Shown here in pieces: positions 58,088-64,000 of a DNA stretch of 64,000 nt. The stretch is from an uncultured Pseudomonadales bacterium (GTDB lineage: Bacteria > Patescibacteriota > Microgenomatia > UBA1400 > UBA1396). The DNA lies in contig CAYUUK010000002.1 in assembly GCA_964447905.1 (NCBI GenBank), positions 21,176 through 85,175 on the forward strand, written 5' to 3'. Within the stretch, counting starts at the first letter, position 1; each line of letters starts with the position of its first letter. The position numbers and the translations under genes are program-made. Below the pieces are notes generated by a model, which worked only from the letters and a program-made list of their open reading frames with translations, was not told the DNA's origin and did not search any database.

Positions 58088-60388
58088 ATGACGAGTTCTG
58101 CCCATCCCTCGATCTTATGGTTTGCTGATATCGACAAAAACGACATCGGAAAAGTTGGCGGTAAAGGTGCCAATCTTGGAGAAATGGTTCAAGCAAAGTT
58201 TCCGGTGCCCGACGGTTTTGTTGTCACGGCTCAAGCCTTCTTTGCTTTCATAAAAGAAACCGAGTTAGAGCCGAAAATACGAGCTATCCTCGAACCACTT
58301 GATACCAACGACTCCCGTGCCTTGCAGACCGCCGCCAAAAAAGTTCAAGAACTCATTTTAGAGGCGAAATTTCCGGAGAAACTTTCTACTGAAATTGCCT
58401 CCGCATACAAAAAACTGGGCAAAAACACCGAAGTTGCCATCCGCTCTTCAGCCACGGCAGAAGATTTACCTGATGCCTCATTTGCAGGGCAACAGGCCAC
58501 ATTTTTGAACATCTCTGGAGAGAAAAGTGTTCTCACCCATGTCCAGAAGGCGTGGGCGTCACTGTTTGAAGCGCGGGCGATTTTTTATCGCACCAATCAA
58601 GGTTTTGACCACTTCAAGGTAGGTATTGCCGTGCCAGTGCAAAAAATGGTGCAGTCCGATGTCTCTGGCGTGATGTTCTCGATTAACCCCGTGAACAATG
58701 ACGCCCACACAGTAGTGATTGAGGCTATCTGGGGACTGGGCGAAAATATTGTGCAGGGCATCGTTACTCCAGATCACTATGAAGTAGAAAAAGGCACATG
58801 GGAAATCCTCACTACACAAGTCATTGACCAAAAAAAAGAAATGGTCCGTAAAAACGGTAAGACGAAGGACTACCCGGTTCCTCGCAGCCGCGTAAAAAAG
58901 AAGAAAATCACCCAAGACCAAATGGTCCAGTTGGCGAAATACGCCACCAAACTGCAACAACACTACCGGAAACCGCAAGATATAGAGTGGGCAATTGAAA
59001 ATGGAGAAATATTTATTGTCCAAACTCGGCCAATTACCACGGTCAACGCCGTGCAGCAGCACACTGCAGCCATGTCCAAACTCGAAGGTTTGCTCGAACA
59101 AATGAAGCTCATCTTGGAAGGGGAAGGTGCTTCACCAGGAATTATTTCCGGCACCGTCCGCCACATCCCCACGCCAGAGGATATTCACAAACTCAAAGTT
59201 GGCGAAATCATGGTCACCGACATGACTACTCCCGACTTCGTGCCAGCTATGAAAAAGGCTGGCGGACTTATCACCAATCGCGGTGGTCAAACCTCTCATG
59301 CTGCTATCGTATCCCGTGAACTCGGCTTGCCATGTATTGTCGGCACCAATACCGCTACAAAAACACTGAAAACTGGAAAAAAAGTCACCCTCAATGGCCA
59401 AAGTGGACAAGTGTATGATGGCGAGCTTGATCATAAGCTTTTAGAAGACGCCAAGAAAGCAAAAGAGTCCGCAGAAAAAGCCCGTACTGCTGAGAAAATC
59501 CGCACGGTCACCAAAGTCTATGTAAACTTGGCCGAACCAGAGCTGGCCGAACAAGTCGCTGCTCGCCATGTTGACGGTATTGGACTTCTCCGAGCTGAGT
59601 TTATTATTGCTCAGCTTGGCTATCATCCAAAAAAGTTAATTGAAGAAAAGAAAGAAAAGGTATTTGTTCGCCATTTAGTGAAAAATATCTCCGCTTTCTG
59701 CGAGCCATTTGGTGATCGACCAGTGGTGTATCGTGCCACTGACTTCAAAACAAACGAGTACCGCCACCTCACTGGTGGAGCCAAGTATGAGCCAGAAGAG
59801 GAAAATCCTCTTATTGGCTACCGCGGCTGCTATCGATATATTACCGACCGCAAAGTGTTTGAGCTCGAGCTTGAAGCAATCAAACAGGTCAGAGAAAAAT
59901 ACAAAAATCTCTGGATTATGATTCCATTCGTCCGCTCGGTGCCTGAGTTCCAAGAGGTCAGTACAATGATCTATAACTCAGGTCTGCGCCGAAGCAGTAC
60001 CTTTAAGCTCTGGATGATGGCCGAAATTCCAGAAAATGTGATCATGATCGACGACTACATTGATGCCGGTATCGATGGCATCTCAATCGGAACCAACGAC
60101 TTGACCATGCTCATTTTGGGAACAGACCGCGACAACGAAAACGTGGCCAAAGAGTATGATGAGCGACACCCAGCTGTTCGCTGGGCCCTGGAGAGACTGA
60201 TTCGCAAGTGTCGTGTGCGAGGAGTAACGGTATCGGTATGTGGTCAAGGACCATCCACCTATCAAGAGTTAGCGGAAGACATGGTAGAGTGGGGTGTCAC
60301 TTCACTTTCCGTCAGCCCCGATGCTATCGAAAGTACGCGTGAACTCATCTCGGAGACCGAAGCAAGAATTGCAAAAAAACGAAAATAA
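58088..60388 (+). CDS. ppsA: Phosphoenolpyruvate synthase
   Basis: GGKGANLGEM, RSSATAEDLPDASFAGQQ, TSHAAIVSRE phospho-His, GIGLLRAEF and SIGTNDL motifs. Confidence 0.97.
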   Translation: MTSSAHPSILWFADIDKNDIGKVGGKGANLGEMVQAKFPVPDGFVVTAQAFFAFIKETELEPKIRAILEPLDTNDSRALQTAAKKVQELILEAKFPEKLSTEIASAYKKLGKNTEVAIRSSATAEDLPDASFAGQQATFLNISGEKSVLTHVQKAWASLFEARAIFYRTNQGFDHFKVGIAVPVQKMVQSDVSGVMFSINPVNNDAHTVVIEAIWGLGENIVQGIVTPDHYEVEKGTWEILTTQVIDQKKEMVRKNGKTKDYPVPRSRVKKKKITQDQMVQLAKYATKLQQHYRKPQDIEWAIENGEIFIVQTRPITTVNAVQQHTAAMSKLEGLLEQMKLILEGEGASPGIISGTVRHIPTPEDIHKLKVGEIMVTDMTTPDFVPAMKKAGGLITNRGGQTSHAAIVSRELGLPCIVGTNTATKTLKTGKKVTLNGQSGQVYDGELDHKLLEDAKKAKESAEKARTAEKIRTVTKVYVNLAEPELAEQVAARHVDGIGLLRAEFIIAQLGYHPKKLIEEKKEKVFVRHLVKNISAFCEPFGDRPVVYRATDFKTNEYRHLTGGAKYEPEEENPLIGYRGCYRYITDRKVFELELEAIKQVREKYKNLWIMIPFVRSVPEFQEVSTMIYNSGLRRSSTFKLWMMAEIPENVIMIDDYIDAGIDGISIGTNDLTMLILGTDRDNENVAKEYDERHPAVRWALERLIRKCRVRGVTVSVCGQGPSTYQELAEDMVEWGVTSLSVSPDAIESTRELISETEARIAKKRK

Positions 60389-60428
60389 TCATCGATACAA
60401 CTGAAGAGATCTACTGAATTACAACCAT

Positions 60429-62573
60429 ATGGCCAGCATTGCAAACATTACCGCTCGACAAATATTTGACTCTCGGGGGATTCCTACCGTCGAGGTCACC
60501 GTGGAACTCAACACCGGCGTAACAGCCACTTCGTCTTCACCTTCTGGCTATATCGCCAACGAGCTCGAAGCGCAAGAACTGCGCGATGGAAACAGCGCTG
60601 AGTTCTTTGGTCTCGGGGTGCGAAATGCCGTAAATAATGTCAATACCGTTATCCGTGAAGCGCTCGTTGGAAAGGACCCGCTCTACCAAACGCAAATAGA
60701 TCAAATTTTGGTCAATCTTGATGGTACGACCAACAAATCGAAGTTGGGAGCGAACGCTATCTTAGCTACCTCCCAAGCGGTCATGAAAGCCGCGGCAACT
60801 TCTCTCAAACTGCCCCTCTTTGTCTATATCAAAGAAAAGTACCAGCTTATCCAGTCGTACCGGGTGCCAACACCTATCTTTAACCTCATAAATGGCGGCG
60901 CGCACGGGTCCGGAACGCTCGATTTTCAAGAGTTTCAACTGGTCCCTGCCAGCCACCTCAACTACAGTAAAGCCTTGCAAATAGGGGTGGAGATGTTCAT
61001 GGCACTCGAGAAAGTGCTGGAACAAAAAGGGGCCATCCGAGCTGTAGGCGTTGAGGGCGGGTACTCACCAAACTTAGCCACCAACACCGACGCACTGGAG
61101 ATTTTCTCTGAGGCCATCAAACTCACTCCATATGCACTCGCTAAAGATGCTTTCTTGGGTCTCGATGTGGCCCCACGTAACTTCTACCGAAATAGTAAAT
61201 ACACTATTAAAGACCGCCCGCAACCCATGAAGGCGCGTGAACTTGTGCAGTTCTACAAGGACTTGCACCACCAGTACCGCGTCTTTTCCTTCGAAGATCC
61301 GCTTATGCCAGACACCTGGTCTGACTGGAAATTCATGACGGCCGAGATGGGGCAAACCGCCATGATTGTGGCTGATGATTTGATCAGCACCAATAAAACC
61401 CTTCTCATGAAGGCAATTCAAGAAGGAGCCTGTAACGCCGTCGTTATTAAACCGAATCGTATTGGTACTGTAACCGAAGCAATTGAGATCACCCACCTAG
61501 CGCGGGAAAACGGGTGGCACACGATCATGTCGCACCGTTCTGGTGAAACTACCGATGACTTCATAGCTGACTTGGCCGTTGGCATTGGCACGGAGTACGT
61601 TAAATTTGGCGCTCCCTCACGCGGTGAGCGAGTCGTGAAATACAATCGACTTTTACGAATCGAAGAAATTTTGCTACGATCAAGGAAATCAGACTCTCCA
61701 ACAGATACACAGAGTGCTGGACCTACAAACACGACAGAGGGGAACCCTATGAACATGAGCAACGACAACGGCAGCAACGTGAGCCCATTAGACGGCAGCG
61801 CCAGTGCTTCCACTCCTCCCACCAATGATACGCCAACCACCAGCTCACCTGGTCAGACAGCACCAACACCCACAGTAACCACCGACCAAACTCCATCCAT
61901 GCCACCAGCGCCCGCTGCACCACAAGGCACCAGTCAGGCCACCAACATGGCCGCTGCTGGCACGCCACAACCAGCGGTTGCTCCAACACCGACCCCACAA
62001 CAAAACCCAGCGGAAAACACTGCACCAGGCATGGCTGCTCCTCAACCAACAAGCAACCCACTCGCCACTCCTTCCGCAGCCACAACACCCAAACCAGGGC
62101 CAACACTTGATACAACTCCAGCTCCAGATGGCGCTGCTTCACTGCAGCCAGCGTCTCAGGTTCCCCCCACTAACGTCCAAGCAACCGCACCGGCACCAAC
62201 TTCACCCACTCCTGACGCTCTTGGTTCAATGCCACCAACCGCGCCAGTGGGTACTGAGTCAGGTGCTCCAGCAGCCCCAGCGAACCTAGCTGCTCCGGAA
62301 AGCGCAGGAAATGACGTAAACGATCTTCAAAACAGCATTAACGAACTCGCCAACATGGTGGCCACTCCAGGAGCCGCACCAGAACCTCAACCGACAACCA
62401 CACAGCCAACAGCGGCACCTGCCACGCCAACTCCGGCGCCAACACCAACCGCTCCAGCAGCAGCGAGCCCGGTCACCGCAACACCAACTACTCCACAACC
62501 AGGAGTACAGTCACCTGCAGAGCAACCAGCACAAGCAAACGGTCTCACTCCACCAACGCCACCGCAACAATAA
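60429..62573 (+). CDS. eno: Enolase with ~290-aa Pro/Thr/Ala-rich C-terminal extension
   Basis: DSRGIPTVE, LGANAIL, QEF, SHRSGET and KYNRLLRIEE motifs, followed in frame by a low-complexity tail. Confidence 0.9.
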   Translation: MASIANITARQIFDSRGIPTVEVTVELNTGVTATSSSPSGYIANELEAQELRDGNSAEFFGLGVRNAVNNVNTVIREALVGKDPLYQTQIDQILVNLDGTTNKSKLGANAILATSQAVMKAAATSLKLPLFVYIKEKYQLIQSYRVPTPIFNLINGGAHGSGTLDFQEFQLVPASHLNYSKALQIGVEMFMALEKVLEQKGAIRAVGVEGGYSPNLATNTDALEIFSEAIKLTPYALAKDAFLGLDVAPRNFYRNSKYTIKDRPQPMKARELVQFYKDLHHQYRVFSFEDPLMPDTWSDWKFMTAEMGQTAMIVADDLISTNKTLLMKAIQEGACNAVVIKPNRIGTVTEAIEITHLARENGWHTIMSHRSGETTDDFIADLAVGIGTEYVKFGAPSRGERVVKYNRLLRIEEILLRSRKSDSPTDTQSAGPTNTTEGNPMNMSNDNGSNVSPLDGSASASTPPTNDTPTTSSPGQTAPTPTVTTDQTPSMPPAPAAPQGTSQATNMAAAGTPQPAVAPTPTPQQNPAENTAPGMAAPQPTSNPLATPSAATTPKPGPTLDTTPAPDGAASLQPASQVPPTNVQATAPAPTSPTPDALGSMPPTAPVGTESGAPAAPANLAAPESAGNDVNDLQNSINELANMVATPGAAPEPQPTTTQPTAAPATPTPAPTPTAPAAASPVTATPTTPQPGVQSPAEQPAQANGLTPPTPPQQ

Positions 62574-62617
62574 TGCGTTTGCGTTGTCTATGTCTATGGG
62601 AGAGAAGAGAGCAGTAT

Positions 62618-62980
62618 TTAGCTGTTTAAATGCAGTGCTAAAGATTTTAAGAACTCTTTGAGTCGGTAGTCACTGTCTATTGACCAGAACTCTTCTTTGT
62701 AACCAGAACTGTTGTGATTAAAAAGCTCGATATAACAGAGTGGTTCGCGGCGAATTTTGTGGCGACGATAGAGTTCAACAACGTCACGATTCCGAGCGTA
62801 GCTCTCGGTGTCCCGCTTTACGTTTATAAACCGATAGTCAACGCTGTAGCGCAGTTGAATACGAACAGCATCGTTGTACACAAGCTCATTATGCAGTTCG
62901 GTGGTACGAGCATTCTCCCAATCAAGTTCTGGATGGCGCCAATAGAACACATAGAGTTTTCGTACATTTCCACTTTTCAT
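62618..62980 (-). CDS. Hypothetical protein, possibly Cys-less thioredoxin-like fold
   Basis: 120-aa ORF with TATAAT 6 nt before ATG; fold guess from pattern only. Confidence 0.6.
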   Translation of the reverse strand: MKSGNVRKLYVFYWRHPELDWENARTTELHNELVYNDAVRIQLRYSVDYRFINVKRDTESYARNRDVVELYRRHKIRREPLCYIELFNHNSSGYKEEFWSIDSDYRLKEFLKSLALHLNS

Positions 62981-63066
62981 AGCATCATTATAGCGGCTTG
63001 AGAGAGTTCACTCAGGTGGAATATTCGGCTCTGCAAGCCGGAATCACAAACTGCTATAATAGTGGC

Positions 63067-63765
63067 ATGGAATTCGATCGCCTCGTGGTAGGTTTTTTTG
63101 TTGACGAAATGGTAGGTGGCTTCTTTATTTCGGTGCCACCAGGACATATTGCGTGTGTTTATGATCGCGGACGGGGAGTTTTACCCAAGATTTGGGGCCC
63201 TGGTTTACACCTCAAGATACCTTTCTGGCAAGTTGCCAAACTCTTTAATGCTCAAATCCTCGAGTATGCTATTCGCCGCGGCTTTGATCTCTCACGCAAT
63301 CGCGAAGATCTCGGTGACGAAGCCATCATTACGCAAACTGCCGACAAGCAAAATATTGAGATCGAAGGTTCCATTTTATTCCGCATTGATAAAAACAACG
63401 CGCCTGAACTTTGGGAAAATATTGGTGAGCGCTTTGTTTCTAAGATGGTACGCCCAATTTCTCGCTCCCGCATTGCGGCTGTATTCTCTCAACTGACAGT
63501 TGATCAGATTTCCGAAAACCGTACCGCTGTCGAAGAAAGAGTGAAGCAAGAACTTACTTCGAATTTCAGTAACAAAGGTATTAACTGTGAAGGTTTCTTG
63601 CTCTCAGAGGTTCGCGTCCTCAACGGACAGGGAAGCGATAACGTCATTGTGCAAGAAGATATCACTATTCAACCGGCTCAACACACGCAAGAAGAGCACT
63701 TCAGCGCACAGGCCTCACACAGCCAGAATATCTACGACAACAGCCCTTCTTCCCGAAACGAATAA
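63067..63765 (+). CDS. SPFH/Band 7 (prohibitin-like) domain protein
   Basis: VPPGH..V..GPGLHLKIPF..TADKQ..RSRI..R..GI; ATG 6 nt after TATAAT. Confidence 0.88.
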   Translation: MEFDRLVVGFFVDEMVGGFFISVPPGHIACVYDRGRGVLPKIWGPGLHLKIPFWQVAKLFNAQILEYAIRRGFDLSRNREDLGDEAIITQTADKQNIEIEGSILFRIDKNNAPELWENIGERFVSKMVRPISRSRIAAVFSQLTVDQISENRTAVEERVKQELTSNFSNKGINCEGFLLSEVRVLNGQGSDNVIVQEDITIQPAQHTQEEHFSAQASHSQNIYDNSPSSRNE

Positions 63766-64000
63766 GTTTTTTCACCACTGATAATTACGTGATCTCGAAC
63801 CCAGATGCCAAGGAGTTGGGCGGCCGCGTTTACCCGCGTAGTAAACACTTTATCTGGTGCTGAGGCCGCCACATTCCCAGACGGATGGTTATGGCACAAA
63901 ACCAAAGAGTCCACAGGATGCCAGCGAATCGGGAAAAATATTTCGCGTGGTGAAACGGTCACCATATTCATGCCACCGAGGGCAATATCTTCCTGATGCA
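63732..64000 (-). CDS. radC: RadC/JAB-domain protein, C-terminal part (5' beyond window)
   Basis: PREIF..HNHPSG..S..D..T..LGI.VRDHVII. Confidence 0.88.
   Translation of the reverse strand, partial: HQEDIALGGMNMVTVSPREIFFPIRWHPVDSLVLCHNHPSGNVAASAPDKVFTTRVNAAAQLLGIWVRDHVIISGEKTYSFREEGLLS

Noticed and set aside
61750-62570. Repetitive-looking DNA as a CRISPR array or tandem repeat (also 11190-11280 and 47700-48100)
   Set aside because: It encodes Pro/Thr/Ala low-complexity protein; there are no fixed-length repeats with spacers and no cas genes.
1-64000. Alternative genetic code (UGA=Gly as in Gracilibacteria/Absconditabacteria)
   Set aside because: Conserved genes are full length under code 11, and TGA terminates serS and rnc at the expected positions.

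Overview
Core chromosomal segment of a small-genome bacterium, most likely Patescibacteria/CPR of Microgenomates type. That assignment is an inference from the PPIase-less trigger factor, short PheT, a type IV pilus locus without a secretin, a CPR-style pilin-domain protein, an orphan ACP, a split transketolase and standard code 11 stops. The window holds translation genes (thrS-infC-rpmI-rplT, pheST, serS, rpmF, rpsP, rplS, tRNA-Val, tRNA-Leu), cell-wall genes (class A PBP, VanW-like, mraY, glmS, murD, ftsW, sortase plus an LPXTG protein), a ~13 kb type IV pilus cluster with eight prepilins, sufC/B/D, prs, pyrG, ppsA, eno and a ~1.7 kb AT-rich island with an IS1595 remnant. The most notable observations are: (1) an apparently complete but strongly variant glmS-ribozyme-like RNA upstream of glmS, with an altered P2.2 and two extra hairpins in the core; (2) a minus-strand structured RNA in the island whose long-range helices enclose a 61-aa basic ORF; (3) pervasive -10 hexamers 6-9 nt before start codons (leaderless-type architecture) alongside an AUU-initiated infC; (4) an enolase with a degenerate Mg-binding loop fused to a ~290-aa Pro/Thr/Ala tail; (5) a T8 frameshift splitting the VanW-like gene; (6) a 117-bp palindromic REP/MITE-like element. 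All calls come from reading the sequence; no database searches or folding programs were run.
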